Below are positions 1 through 12,370 of a stretch of 64,000 nucleotides of DNA, piece after piece. How positions within the stretch are numbered: the stretch's first letter is position 1; every line of letters begins with the position of its first letter. The position numbers and the translations under genes are program-made. The DNA is taken from NCBI GenBank assembly GCA_026936335.1, contig JAPMXV010000019.1, positions 124,001 through 188,000 on the forward strand. The letters run 5' to 3'. Source of the stretch: Mantamonas sphyraenae STR306. Taxonomy: Eukaryota > Protista > CRuMs. The notes beneath the pieces are model-generated. The model was given only the letters and a program-made list of their open reading frames with translations. It was not told where the DNA came from and made no database searches.

Positions 1-2026
1 GTGGGCGACGACGAAGAGAGCGACGCTGCGCTTGAAGAGGCGGAGCAGGAGGACAGGGTGGAGCTGAAGCCGCTGCCTGAAGGGGAGTATCTGAGCGCAC
101 AGCGAGACGGGGCAGGAGAGGAGGAAGAGAGTGGGGCAGAAGACAGCGACCGGCCCAAGAGTGCTCTTCGTCTGCGCATGGAGGAGTTGCGCCGTTTGAG
201 TCCACTGCCAGAGCGGCAGGGCAAGGAAGGACGCAGTCGAGCCAGCAGTCCTGGAGGGCACACACGCGCACGTAGCCGCAGCCGCAGTCGCAGCCGCGCT
301 GGGTCGCAGGAAGGACCGAGTGGAGCAAGTGTGTTGTCGCTGTCCGACGTGGCTGGAAGGAAGGAGTACACGCCTGGTGGGTCGACACGCACAGCGGATC
401 GGGGCTTGCGCGGGTTTTCGGCAGGGTCACGACCCACAAGTGGCAAGACGGTGCACAGCAACACGTCGACAGAGTCGGAAGAGGCGCTGGACGAGTGGCG
501 TGAGGCGTTGCCAGAGGCGCACGGTGAATTGAACGAACAGGCGCTGCCGACGAGTGACTGGCGCCGCGTGCCCGACAGCGAGTTTCGTGTGCGCGATGGG
601 TCGGCACAGGTGATCCACGAAATGCCGCGTACACCGCAACAGGGACAACCTGTGCGTGAGCCTGCCATGACGCCGGCAACGCCGCTGGCAGAGGGAAGTG
701 GAGGGGAGGAGGTGAGCGAAGACGACGGCAGGCCGAATTCGAGCGAAGGGTTCCTGACAATCAGCGCAGCGCCTGCGGAGGGACGTGTGGCGCTTCCAAG
801 TGTGGTGAAGGAGTACTCACGGTACCTGAAGGAGCTGGAGGGACGTCTGCGTCTTGTGGAGTCGACGGGCTTTGGTCAGAGCGAAAGCGCGTCGCAGCAG
901 CTGGCGGAGGACATCACGCTGGTGATGCACAGTGTGCAGCTTCTGGAGGAGTCGCAAGGGGAATTGGCACGCAGGTTGCAGGAAGAAGTGGAGGATGTCA
1001 AGGCAGAGATCCGAACGCGCGTTCAAAACTCGCTGGAGAATGCATACAACGTGATGCACGACCAGCAGGAGCACATCACACGTCTGAAGGAGCAGGAACA
1101 AGAACACGAGCGTCGACTGGTATCGCTGCAACGGCAGCTGGACAACGAGTTTACGGCGCGGACGGAGCTTGCGGGCAAAGCGGGAGTTTGCGTTGAGTGC
1201 GACGGACGAGGCACTGCTTGCGTTGGAGGATGCACTGAGACTGGAGGTGCAGGCGCGCAAGAACAACATGGAAAAGTGGGCGGAGGAGCTGGAGACGCGC
1301 ACGCGAGAGGCGATGGAAGAGGTGCAGCAGGAGTTGCAGGAACGGCTGGCGACAAAGGCCGGAGTGGACGATGTCAAGTCGATGATTCGAGAGGCAGCAA
1401 CACGACTGGCAGGCGGCACGACGCCACGCATGACGTCGTCTTCGTCTGGACGAGGCATGCGACGCGGAAGCAGTGCCAGTGCGAGCGGGAGTTCGAGTGG
1501 GACACAACAGCAGCCACAGGATGCCAAGTTGCACGTGGGTGTGCCATCATCGTCCACAGAAACTGGCGGTTACGCAACCAGTGTGTCTGTGCCCAGTCCG
1601 GAAGCACGGCGGGTGAGCCAGGAAACGACAACGGTGACCTTGCTTCCCGGGCAGGAAAGCGGCAGCAGCTCAGAGTCACTGACGACAGAGGAAGGGAGCA
1701 CGAACAGCAGGAGCCAGCCGCACAAGAGTGTGTTTGCATCGCCCAGTCCCGAGTCGGACGATGAGTTGCAGGCGCTGGTGCGACAGAGCGAAGAGGTGTT
1801 TGGGGCGGTGCAGAAGCCGAATCCGCCTCCGAAACGCACACTGGGAGGGGGTGGAGGTGTTGGGGGAGCTAGTGGACGTGTGGATGTGAAGCAAATGGCC
1901 ATGGATCAGTCGATGGCACGTGCACAGGAGCAGCGTGCCAAGCGCACGGGGGTCAAGAAGCACGGAGGAGGAGGGATCAACGCAGCCAGTCGCGCGTGGG
2001 GCTCAAGGAAGGGATGGAATGATTAG
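1..2026 (+). CDS. Coiled-coil / low-complexity protein of unknown function (5'-partial; apparent 1-nt frameshift near 1170)
   Basis: Acidic, Ser/Arg-rich then heptad-like sequence in ORF 1..1764 up to ~DNEFTARTEL. It continues as coiled coil in ORF 1169..2026 (RAKREFALSATDEALLALEDALRLEV). No GT-AG intron at the switch. Confidence 0.6.
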
Positions 2027-2086
2027 GGTGAGAATGACGAAATGTACAGGGTGTATGGGTGTATGGATGGAGGGGAAGGCGACAGG

Positions 2087-2773
2087 TCAAACGTCCGAGG
2101 CCAGAACCGAGGCAAAGTCCTCGTAGTGGCACACCTGCTTCTCCGAATCGAGGCACGAGCTGAGCATTTCCGTCATGACCGAGATGGAAAACACTTCGCC
2201 CTGGGTGGTGAGCAGTGACGTGAGCTCCTCTTTGGTCAGGAATCCCTTGCCCTGAGAATCCAGTACCTTGAAGGCCTGCAGCAACCGCTCCTCGCTATCC
2301 CGCTTCATCTCTTCGTCGTCCATCATGATTGGCAGCATGACGCTCTCAAACTTTTCGTAGCGAATGAACCCAGACGCTTCGTCGTCTTCACACTGTGCGG
2401 GGGAGAAGGCAGGTGGGTGGGAGAGCGGAGCGGAAACGTGAGCGAGAGGTTGCGCGCGGTCGTTGTTGTGATTGTGTGTTTGCCTAAAGACGCACCTGGG
2501 CAATGATGGTGGCAATTTCCTTCTCCGAGGGGGCCTTGTTGAGTGCACGCACAATGGTGCCGATCTCTCTGTGGCATGAGTGTCCATGAGGGGCTGTCAG
2601 CAGTCGAAACAAAGGGTGACGGGGGGTCAACGGCTCGCCGCCGAAACGCACCGGACGTCGCACATGCCCTGGCGATCGTGGTCCATGACATCAAAGGTCT
2701 CACGAAGCAATGACTGCATGGCTTGCCTCTGCTTGAGGGCCTCGTCTTCGCCGGAAATGCTGGAAGAGGACAT
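2087..2773 (-). CDS. EFCAB2: EF-hand protein, dynein regulatory complex subunit 8 (EFCAB2/DRC8)-like; 3 exons
   Basis: Spliced product reads FDVMDHDRQGMCDVR|EIGTIVRALNKAPSEKEIATIIAQ|CEDDEASGFIRYEKF...LLQAFKVLDSQGKGFLTKEEL...TQGEVFS. Introns are GTGCGT...CAG. Confidence 0.85.
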
Positions 2774-2853
2774 GGGTGTGGCGTGTTGGCCGAGCTCTCG
2801 CAGCCACAAAGCAACCCTCTCTCTCTCTCTCTCTCGTTGGGGACACGGAGCAT

Positions 2854-4406
2854 ATGACCAGCAGTGAGGAGGTTGATGTATTGGTGGGGTTGTGCAAGGC
2901 GTTTGAAAAGGTGAAGCAGGCTGTGGCGGCGGACGAGGAAAAGGACTACAGGACGGCCATCACCTTTTACCACCTTGCGATCATCATGCTGGAGCTGCAG
3001 CTGCCCCGTGTGGTGGAATCCCAACAAAGTGCCCTTATCGACAAGGTGAGTGCCATTCACGAGACACGCCACTGATCGTTTCCCGCGTCTGAGTGTCGAA
3101 AAGCACAGCATCCCAAAAAGAGGGCCCACGTCCCCTGGCGTCCCATGCTGACACACTCAAGCGCGCGCACGCACATACGCACACACACACACACACACAC
3201 ACACAGTACGCTGGGTATAAGAATAGGGTGGTGTTCCTGGAGGAGCTTGTGGCGGTGCAGGAGAGCGAAGAGGAGAAAAGCGAGGAGAAGCCCAACACCC
3301 AGATTGTGTGGGTGGAGGAAAAGACAGAGGGATCGGTGAGTTTTGGACAGACGTTGGGCAGGGGAAACATGCCCAAGTGACGACCAGCACGACGGCTGTC
3401 CGTCGTGCAAAGGGAACACTGGCACGTGTGCAGGTGGCATGAGTGCGAACGAGAAAAGAGCAACCATGGCTGACATCGTCCTGCGTTAGGTTGAAAAACC
3501 GCCGCGGCTGGAGCGCAAGAAGCCGTACTGGCTGATGTCGACGCTGTTGACAACCATTGAACAGGGGGGCTACCTCACAGGCTCTGTGTACGTGCCCAGG
3601 CAGGTGTGGTACCAGCAGGGGCCCAAGTTTGTGGCCATCGACGCCAAGCTCACGGCACTCAACGACCTCTCGGCCCTGCTGCAATACATCAAGGAGAGCG
3701 AAAGCGAAGGACAGCAGGCAGTGGTGGATGTGAGTGTGGAAACGAGAGGATTGGGACAGAGGGTGGGGTGGGGGGTACGAGTTTTGGGCTGACGTTTGGA
3801 CCTTCCCTCCTGCACACGCACGTACAGTCGTTGGACATGTTTACAGAACAGATGGAACAGGTGAATAACCAGCTTGCTCTGCAGCTGAACTTTGTGCACG
3901 AAGTGAAAAAGGTAAGGCATGGCCTGTGGGAAGGATGATTGTGGTGGTTCACCCTTGCAGACACTCACACATTCACACACCTTCTGCCTCGCTCTCCCTC
4001 TCCCTCTATCCCACCCCCCCCCTCTCCCTCTCTCTCTCTCTCTCTCGCTTGCTTGTGTGTGCAGACGGACAAGAGCACACAGTCATTCAAGAAACGGGTC
4101 AAGGGGATGAAGCACAACATTGCCAAGAGCACCTCGCGTCTGGCAGCCTCTGCGTCAGCCACAGCCCTGGACGATTCGATTGCATACACAGAAGCCCTGA
4201 GGCAACTATTCCGTGGTGCCATGGTGTTGGATGAGTGGAACACAAAGTTTGGCGACTCGGTGGCCGTCGTCACACGTCTCGACACCATTGCAACCATGAT
4301 GTACAATGGCGTCTGTGCTTTTGTCATGCGTGACTTTTCCTACCTCCTCAATCGCTACCTCAAGCGCATCAACCGCGACTTTGTCTCGCGCACTCCAGCA
4401 AAATGA
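2854..4406 (+). CDS. MIT-domain protein (multi-exon)
   Basis: N-terminal MIT-like helices (KAFEKVKQAVAADEEKDYRTAITFYHLAI). C-terminal blocks PYWLMSTLLTTIEQGGYLTGSVYVPRQVWYQ and VCAFVMRDFSYLLNRYLKR are joined by canonical introns. Confidence 0.65.
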
Positions 4407-4476
4407 TGATGCTGCAACAAACGTCACACAACTTTCAATCCCTCGCCCTTTCACCCGTTCTCCATGCTTGTGCACG

Positions 4477-5274
4477 CTATTGCCGTTCCAGCAGTGCTTT
4501 GATGTCATTGTCGTCTGTGAGCAAGGCTGGAGTGTTGCCCTCGTCGTCGACAAGGGAAGGATCTGCGCCGTGGGCAAGGAGCACCTTGACGACCTCGATC
4601 CAATCGTTCTCTGCCGCATGGTGCAACGGTGTGTAGTCTCCCATGCCGTCCCTCTGGTCCACAGGTGCGTCATAGTTGTCCAGCAGCACAGTGACCAGTT
4701 CCGCATTCCCGCGTTCCGCCGCCCAATGCAGTGCACTCATGCCTGTCTGGTCCAGAGACTTGATTTGCGCTTTGTCTTGGTCCAACGCCTTGCGCACCGC
4801 CTCAATGTTTCCCACGGCTGCGTGGTAGAACAGATCTTGTGTTTCCTCGCTCTCCTGGTCCTCCTCGGCAACCATCAGCGTGCTCACGCCCAACCCCATG
4901 CTTCCTTCGCCCGATGCACTGTCTCCTCCACCTCCGCCGCCGACCTTGGCCTTCAGGGTGTCCACACCGTCGGGTTTGAAGCTGCGCCAGTCCTCCGCGA
5001 GGCTGTCCACAAGCTCCACGTATGCCTCCATGGCGTTGAGTTTGGTCATTCCCTTTTTCTCTGTCCACGCCTGCCACTTGGCACGCGCACGCATTTCAAA
5101 CATGCCTGGCTGTGAGGTGGTGCAGTCGCCCACAAACGCCTGCTTGTACAACCCGTACAGCTCCAGCTTGACGCTGTTGTCCGTCTTGACTCCGTTGTTG
5201 CCGTGCGACATAAAGTTTACTGCATCGGAAAACTCCTGTTCCACGTCAGCGTCGGTGTGTAGCAATGAGGACAT
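4477..5274 (-). CDS. ACBD6: Acyl-CoA-binding protein with ankyrin repeats (ACBD6-like)
   Basis: ACBP motif KLELYGLYKQAFVGDC...RAKWQAW...AMEAYVELV, followed by ankyrin repeats (GMSALHWAAERGN, TPLHHAAEND). Confidence 0.85.
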   Translation of the reverse strand: MSSLLHTDADVEQEFSDAVNFMSHGNNGVKTDNSVKLELYGLYKQAFVGDCTTSQPGMFEMRARAKWQAWTEKKGMTKLNAMEAYVELVDSLAEDWRSFKPDGVDTLKAKVGGGGGGDSASGEGSMGLGVSTLMVAEEDQESEETQDLFYHAAVGNIEAVRKALDQDKAQIKSLDQTGMSALHWAAERGNAELVTVLLDNYDAPVDQRDGMGDYTPLHHAAENDWIEVVKVLLAHGADPSLVDDEGNTPALLTDDNDIKALLERQ

Positions 5275-5347
5275 GGGTTTCGAAAGCGGGGGGGGAAGGG
5301 TTGCGTTGAACCGCGCTTCCCCGGCCAATCCTTCTGCAATCCATTGC

Positions 5348-7865
5348 ATGTCAGGGCGTACCTCTTCCTCCTCCGCCTTTGTGGACAAGGCCTTCCCCAC
5401 CAACAACAAGTCGCTGTATGTGGGAGGCAAGGTTCCCCCGGATGCTGAGGACATTGTGTGGCGGCGGCCGAGTCAGTTTGCAAAGGGTGTGGCCACACAG
5501 CTCATTGTCGAAGGTCTCGAGGCAGGTGATGTTGTACAGGGGTCGCTGGGTGACTGTTGGTAAGTTTGGTGCGAGAGTGTGACGTGCAGCATGTCGAAAC
5601 AGGGCAAAGAGGCCGGCGCGAGCAGTGTGTGTGGGCGCGCGAACCGTTTGCTCGAAATCCGGCGGGTCCTGACACGGCCAGTACGACCACTCGCACAGGT
5701 TCCTGGGTGCCCTTTCTGTGGTGGCCACACGCAAGGACCTGATGGAAAGGCTGATCCAGGTGGACAAGGGCAGCGAGGGCCGATATGCCTTTACGTTCTG
5801 CAAGGACGGCGAGTGGACACAGGTCGAGGTGGACGACCAACTGCCGTGCGCAAAGTCCGACGGACAGTTGATGTATGCACGTGGTATGAACCCCAGCGAA
5901 CTGTGGGTCAGTCTGATTGAAAAGGCGTATGCAAAGCTGCACGGCTGCTACGAAGCCCTGAACGGCGGTTCCGTGTCCACGGCTCTGGTCGACCTTACCG
6001 GCGGCTCAGCGGAGCAGCTCAACTTTGAAGACTTGGGCGAAGAGGCCATCCGGTCGGGTGGTCTGTGGAAGACTCTGGTGCGCAACATGCGCGAGGGGTT
6101 CCTGATGGGATGTGGGTTTTCGGGCCAGGGGGAGATTGAAGGGGAGATGGACACGGGCATCCTCATGAACCATGCGTATGGTTTGCTGGACGTTCAGGAA
6201 CAGATGGGCCATCGTCTGATTCGCATTCGAAACCCGTGGGGTGAGAAGGAGTGGAAGGGGGCGTGGTCGGATGGGAGCAAAGAGTGGACACCGAAGCTGC
6301 TCAAGGCGTTTGGGCACAGCTTTGCGGACGACGGGACGTTTTGGATCAGCTACGACGACTTTACCACTGCGTTCAACAAGGTCTACGTGTGCCGTATCTA
6401 CGACGACAATGTTGGCGAGCGCTGGAACAAGTATGTGTACCGGGGCGAGTGGAAAGGCGAGCAGGCAGCAGGCTGCCCAGGCATCAGCAACACATGGAGC
6501 CGGAACCCGCAGCTGGGTTTCCGCTTCACTGACGGAGCGAGCAGCAGCGGTGACGACGCATGCGACATCTTTATTGAGCTGACACAGCCGGATCTGCGGA
6601 TGCGCGGCTCACCACCTGTGTATGAGGTGCCAATCGCATTCGCACTGATCCGTGTGGACGACCACAAGCGACGGTGCGAGTCGTACACGATGGAGAATGC
6701 GCTGAATCAGATTACCCTGACGGCGGCGAGGGACGTGTCGCAGGAGTTTGCCCTGGAGCCCGATGGGCGATACATTGTGATGCCCACGACGCATGTGGCG
6801 GGCCAGGAGAGTCGTTTTACGTTGACAGTGTACAGTGAGCACACGCTGGAACTGGTGGAGGTGGGGGAGGATGCGCCGGGCAGCAATTGCGCCGTGGTGC
6901 GTGGGCGCTGGAGCCGTAGCGAGTGCAACGCAGGCGGATGCTGCAACTATGCGTCGTGGTACAACAACCCGCAGCTGTTGATCATGCCCAAGGGCAAGGG
7001 CAAGTTCACGGTGGAGGTGGAGTCGTCGCCGAAAACAGACGTGGTGGGGTTCTACCTGTTCAAGCGTGCGGGTCATCGCATGCGGCGGCTACTGCAACCG
7101 GATCCGGAGGAAGATCTGCAAGTGATGCCTGTGTTCCAGAAGAACGTGGACGTGTGCCGCCTGCCCGAAGCCATCGAGCTGTTTCCGACAAGCGCGGCCA
7201 ACCCGTATGTGCTGGTGCCATGCACATTCCGTCCAGACGTGGAGCGTGAGTACACGGTGCGTGTGGGGTGGGAGGATGAAGGCAACGGGGTGGAGGTGGA
7301 GCCGTGCGACGAGTGGTACGAGGTGAGCGAGTACGGATCGTGGATTGCAGGGAGCACAGCAGGCGGATGTCCTGTGCGCGAATCGTGGGTACAGAACCAG
7401 CAGTTTATGCTGAATGTGACGCGCACGAGCAGGCTTGTCATTGGTTTGGAGCGTGATCCGCGCAAGGAAGACAAGCACTCGGTGAGCAGGCGCGTGGACA
7501 ACGAGTACATTGCGTGCTACCTGTGCAAGAGCGATGGCAACGGAGAGCTCACGCAGATCTCGGACGAGGTCATGCTCACCGAGACAACATTTACACCCAT
7601 GGGCTCGTTCACGGAAGAAGTCAAATCCGTGGGCATTGGCCACTACGTGCTCATCCCGTGCACGTACGGACCCAACGTCCAGGGCAACTTCAAGGTGACT
7701 GTGTACAGCGACACGGGCTACGTCGACCTGGTCGCCCTCAACGGAAACCTGGACGAGAGCGCACAGAAGAAGGTAGCTCGCGCCGCCGCCGATTTTGCCA
7801 AGTTTGATGCCGACCGCCAGGCCCTTCTTGAGGAAGGAGCAGGTACATCTTCCTCTTCATCATGA
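5348..7865 (+). CDS. Calpain cysteine protease (CysPc plus about three calpain domain III repeats); 1 intron ~5560-5698
   Basis: Catalytic triad motifs QGSLGDCW|FL, NHAYG and RNPWG. Repeated GxW...AGGC...NPQ and YVLVPCTF/YIVMPTT domain III motifs. Confidence 0.92.
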
Positions 7866-8009
7866 GCGTGGGGTGTGTGGAAATGTTCATTCGCTCGTCG
7901 CCATTCGTGCCACGTTTGCGGTGACTGAAGGCTCACTCTCTCTCTCTCTGTGCAATGTTGTTGTGGGTTGTGATACGGTGCACGTGTGCGTGCACATTTG
8001 GGCTTACGT

Positions 8010-8865
8010 TCACCGAGCGTAGACGGCGTGGCAGCGCTTCTCAAAGGCCTTGCGCATCTTGAGGGCAACTTCACGGTAGAACATGGAGGCGACGGTGGAG
8101 TGCCATGCGTTGGCAAAGGCAAACTGGATGTCAAAATGCAGCCAGGTGGAGTCTGGCCTAGGGCCGACTTCGAAGCGCCACTCTGTGCGCAGCGTCTCCA
8201 GGAAGGCCCCCTCGATGACCTCTGCGACCACACGCTTGCCCGGCACGTACGTGACGTGTGATGTGTACTCTTCCACAAAGGGAGGGAAGCCAATGCGCAG
8301 CACGGCGTCCTCCCAGCCGTCGCCACGCTTCAGCACCTCTGAGTGCTCACACCAGGGCAGAAACTCTTCGTAGCGATCGCAATCCACGACCACGTCAAAC
8401 ACCTGTTTGGGTGTGAAGCTGTGCATGGGTCACAACAGCACGTATTGGGGAGAGGTGTGGGTGGGTTGTTTCGAGAGTGGTGTGGGTGTGCATGTGTGTG
8501 TGTAAGCGAGCAGAACCGAACCAAGGGACAAAAGAGATGGTGGGGTGGAAACCTCCGCAGGCGGAAGAGGGCAGCAATGCAGGTCATTCCACTCACCCCA
8601 GCACAAGGCGACGCTCGGAATGGGTCAATAGGTTCTCATGAGTCTGTGTGTGTGCAGATGCACTGCTGCTGGAGGCCTGTGGGGACGTCGTGCGGTTGCT
8701 GTACATGTGAACGCCGACGCCCGTCTGGTGGTTCCTCGACTTTTCCTTCCGCGTGTCCATTCTGCCCGATCCCTCCACGGGTGCGCTCAGCATAATTGCC
8801 CCCACTGGCGCAGCCCGTTGCACAATGGCTGTGGTATACTGACCACGTGCTGCCCGTGCAAACAT
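8010..8865 (-). CDS. COQ10: Coenzyme Q-binding protein COQ10 (START/polyketide cyclase fold), mitochondrial; 1 intron
   Basis: HSERRLVLG|FTPKQVFDVVVDCDRYEEFLPWC...IGFPPFVEEYTS...AFEKRC, with an Arg-rich N-terminal presequence. Confidence 0.88.
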
Positions 8866-9046
8866 GCGGCCGATCTTGTTGGGTGAGTTCGGGCAGTGTG
8901 TGTGTGTGTGCACGTGCATGTGCATGTGCGTGTGGATGTGCATGTGCGTGTGCGTGTGCGTGTGGTGGACGTGGGTGGACGTGGGTGGACGTGGGTTGCA
9001 TTGCATTCACTGTTGTCGCAGGTGAGCGATTTCGCTCTTCCGAACT

Positions 9047-9730
9047 TCAAGCAAACAGCCAGGCAAACACAGAGCGGGTGACGGATGCATCGCTGGTGGC
9101 ACCAGCAGAAGCAGCGTTGCCTGACTTTTGGAATTCCTGGATGCGTTGGACGAGGTCGCCACGTTTGTGTTGGGCGGCGTAGTCCTCGAGGGTGCGATTG
9201 CGAGCGTCGGGTTGGGACGGGTCCACACCGGCCTGGAGTAGGTGCATGAGCATCAAATGGCTGCTGGGAAACTTCTGTACAGGTTGGTTGACCAGGCGAA
9301 AGGCGGCATGTTGGCCATAGGCGTCGGGTTGGTTGAGCAGGGCTCGCACGGCGGAACGGTTGTCCCGCGCATCGAGCTGGTTCAGCAGCACATTCAACAG
9401 GTCCGCGTTACACATGCCAGCAGCCGTGTGCAACACAGAGCCTCCACTGACGGGTTCCACTGCCTCCATGCTTGCGTTGTACGTCAACAGCAGGCTGGTG
9501 GTGCTCAGGTGGCCGTTGGCAACTGCCAGATGCAAGGGTGTCACTCCGGCCAGCGGCGCATCCACTGCCACCGCCCCGGTTTCCAGCAATTGTGTCACCA
9601 TGTTGTCTTCCGCCCACGCTGTAGCCACGTGCATGTGCACCACAGACGCGGGGCCTGTCACCATCAGCACCAGCACAGACACGGCTAGCACAGCCGTAAC
9701 AATGGCTTTCGCCTCGCTTCCTGAACCCAT
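9047..9730 (-). CDS. Ankyrin-repeat protein with N-terminal signal/TM segment
   Basis: Hydrophobic AIVTAVLAVSVLVLMV, then GVTPLHLAVANGH and SVLHTAAGMCN ankyrin motifs. Confidence 0.7.
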   Translation of the reverse strand: MGSGSEAKAIVTAVLAVSVLVLMVTGPASVVHMHVATAWAEDNMVTQLLETGAVAVDAPLAGVTPLHLAVANGHLSTTSLLLTYNASMEAVEPVSGGSVLHTAAGMCNADLLNVLLNQLDARDNRSAVRALLNQPDAYGQHAAFRLVNQPVQKFPSSHLMLMHLLQAGVDPSQPDARNRTLEDYAAQHKRGDLVQRIQEFQKSGNAASAGATSDASVTRSVFAWLFA

Positions 9731-9802
9731 CTGTTCCTGGCTCGCACCGCGCAAGCTCACACACACACACACAACACACAACACACAACACACACACAGT
9801 GC

Positions 9803-12370
9803 ATGCCACTCACAGGTCTGGAGTACCAGGCATTGGGAGAAGGGTTGCGACACGTGGACACACGTGTGGTGGTGCCGCGTGGGGTGTTGTGTGGCGACGC
9901 GTTGGAGGATCTTGACCCGCAACTCGTCTACACGGCGCAGCAGCTTGCAGAACGGCAGGTGGAGGAAGAGACGCAGGCAGAAGAGAGTATAGAGGGACAC
10001 GCAGAGGATGGGACGTTGGATGGGACGGTGGTGAAGGCTGGGAAGGGACAGGAGACGACGAGAGAGCGCAGCTACACGTTCCAAGGGGAACTGCTGCAGT
10101 TCTACCTCGTCATTGAGTGGGAAGGCAACACACGGGAGGGAAGGGAAAACATCACGTACGACCACAAGGCATGGAGTGAGTTTCACGCCAACCTGGATGT
10201 CAAGGTGCAACTGGTGAACCAGATGGAGGGGGACAAAGGCGGCGAGAGGGACGCAGCAGCAGGGAACAGCAGCAGCAGCAGCAGCAGCAAAAGCAGCACA
10301 CTGGCACCGCCCAGCTCGCCCTCGGCACAACGGGTGCGCAGTCACAAGCGGGCATCGTCTGTGGGAAGCCCTTCAGCGTATGCATCCGACCGACGGGTGT
10401 CACTTGGAGGCGTGGCAGGCGGCGGAAGTGTGGGCGGCGGGGCAGGTGGAGGCACTCGACGACGCAGGGGCGTGGGCGAGTCATCCATGTCGACGTCGGC
10501 GGTGGGTGCCATCAAAGGGGAATTGCGACATCCATTGCTGGACAACATCCACTATCCGTATGCCTATGTGCCCAACCACGCGCCGTTGACGTGCCGCCAG
10601 GTTGCGGTGCAGGGCACCGAGAGCCACTCGGTACTGGCTGACCTGCACGAGAAGAAACGCCACGACCAGGCTGTGCAGCAGCTTGTTGGCATGGATGGGG
10701 AGGGTGATGATGCACAGGAGACGGTGATAGTGATGGAAGATGTGCAGTTGCAGGACAAGGATGAAGGCGACGACGACGTCGTGGACAACGGGAATGGAGA
10801 GGAGGACCAACACCAGGACGAGACACACCCATCACCATCATCACCAGAAACAGGGACAGGGTCAGAGACAGGGACAGGGATGGAAGAAGCAACGGTGGCA
10901 GACAAAGAGATGCTCACCACCACCACCACCACCAACTCTGGATCGACCTCGACAAGGAGCAACAGCACGGGACCGACGGTGTTCACTCTGCCCAACGGCA
11001 ACATTGCGTACCTGTTGCAAACACCGGTGAACTACCAACCGAAGGGAGGTGTGTTGAGCATGGTGGTGTCACTGTCACCGTCGTTGATGCTCCAACGCGG
11101 TCACCACAGCACCGATCTGTTTGCAGAGAGCAGGGAATACGCGCAATTGGGTGGCAAGGATGACGAGACGAGGCAGCAGCAGCAGCAGCCACAGGGCCAC
11201 GAGGGAGTGTCCGCTGTGAATCGGATCACCATGCACAACCGTCTGTTGAACACCCTGGCTGCGGGGAGTTTGGTGCCTGTGCGACACGTGGAGTGCACGT
11301 TGAAGATTGTGCAACCGATGGAAGTGCAGTACCTGGATGCGCTGTCAAACAACGACTCGTTCATCACGCTGCTCATACGCAATACCACCCCGGACAAGGA
11401 CATGCAAATCCTGGACGTGGAGTTGCATCCCAACAGTACACGGCTCCTCTCACGCACCTTTGCCTTCTTCAGCAGTGCCAAGAATGGCAAGAACAGCAAT
11501 GGCAGCTCGCCGCTTACCGACGCCGAGGGCAATCCGGTGAACATTCACGATTACTTTCACTTTTCCGCCTTCAAGAACGACTTGCCACTGATACTGCGAC
11601 CGGACGAGCAGTACGCCATCCTGTTCAAGGTGGAAGCACTGGACACAGAGGAGGCACCCGTGTTTGGCAGTTTGGAGAGCAGTGTGAGCATCAACTGGAG
11701 CATGGAGGAGCACATGCATGGCACCGCCCTGTCACAGTACCGTGTGCGATGGGCTCGTCCCCAACGTCACGCGTTGGTGGCCAACATCACAGGTGCCACC
11801 AAGGTGACCATGAACCAGCTCACCGTGTTCCACTTTGCCCTCACCAACCTCAGCGACCAGGTCATGAACATCACCGTCATCATTCCCAGCCACGACAGAC
11901 TGGAAAGCACCGTCAAGATGCTGCAAGAGGCCATGCGAAAGGACTCCCTGGCAGCAGAGGAGAAACAGCAGCAGATGCAACTCCAACTGCAAGCAGCAGC
12001 CGGCGACAACAACAACGCCTCCTCGTCATCATCAGACCTCACCACCTCCACTACCTCCAGAAAATTGAACATGGACAACAAGCAGGAACACACACAGGGC
12101 CAGGAGCAGAGCCAGCCATTGCCCAGCGAACGACAGGAACACAAACACAACGAACGCCTGCTGAACTCGGATGCACAACCCTCGGCGGTGTGTTTGGACA
12201 AGACACTGAATCTGGGCATTCTGCAGCCCATGAGCACGCTCACCTTTGCATTGCACTTTCTGGCTGTCAAGGAGGGCGTGTGCAGCATTGACAACATTGA
12301 ATTCTACGAACAGTTCCAGGGTGTCACCTACCGTCTGTGTCGTCCCCTGGAACTGTTTGTGCTTGGTTGA
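9803..12370 (+). CDS. TRAPP II-associated subunit-like protein (Trs65/TRAPPC14-like)
   Basis: 855-aa ORF with N-terminal FQGELLQFYLVI and C-terminal Ig-like strands (FALTNLS...VCLDKTLNLGILQP...FLAVKEGVCSIDNI), as seen in Trs65/C7orf43-type proteins. Confidence 0.55.
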   Translation: MPLTGLEYQALGEGLRHVDTRVVVPRGVLCGDALEDLDPQLVYTAQQLAERQVEEETQAEESIEGHAEDGTLDGTVVKAGKGQETTRERSYTFQGELLQFYLVIEWEGNTREGRENITYDHKAWSEFHANLDVKVQLVNQMEGDKGGERDAAAGNSSSSSSSKSSTLAPPSSPSAQRVRSHKRASSVGSPSAYASDRRVSLGGVAGGGSVGGGAGGGTRRRRGVGESSMSTSAVGAIKGELRHPLLDNIHYPYAYVPNHAPLTCRQVAVQGTESHSVLADLHEKKRHDQAVQQLVGMDGEGDDAQETVIVMEDVQLQDKDEGDDDVVDNGNGEEDQHQDETHPSPSSPETGTGSETGTGMEEATVADKEMLTTTTTTNSGSTSTRSNSTGPTVFTLPNGNIAYLLQTPVNYQPKGGVLSMVVSLSPSLMLQRGHHSTDLFAESREYAQLGGKDDETRQQQQQPQGHEGVSAVNRITMHNRLLNTLAAGSLVPVRHVECTLKIVQPMEVQYLDALSNNDSFITLLIRNTTPDKDMQILDVELHPNSTRLLSRTFAFFSSAKNGKNSNGSSPLTDAEGNPVNIHDYFHFSAFKNDLPLILRPDEQYAILFKVEALDTEEAPVFGSLESSVSINWSMEEHMHGTALSQYRVRWARPQRHALVANITGATKVTMNQLTVFHFALTNLSDQVMNITVIIPSHDRLESTVKMLQEAMRKDSLAAEEKQQQMQLQLQAAAGDNNNASSSSSDLTTSTTSRKLNMDNKQEHTQGQEQSQPLPSERQEHKHNERLLNSDAQPSAVCLDKTLNLGILQPMSTLTFALHFLAVKEGVCSIDNIEFYEQFQGVTYRLCRPLELFVLG

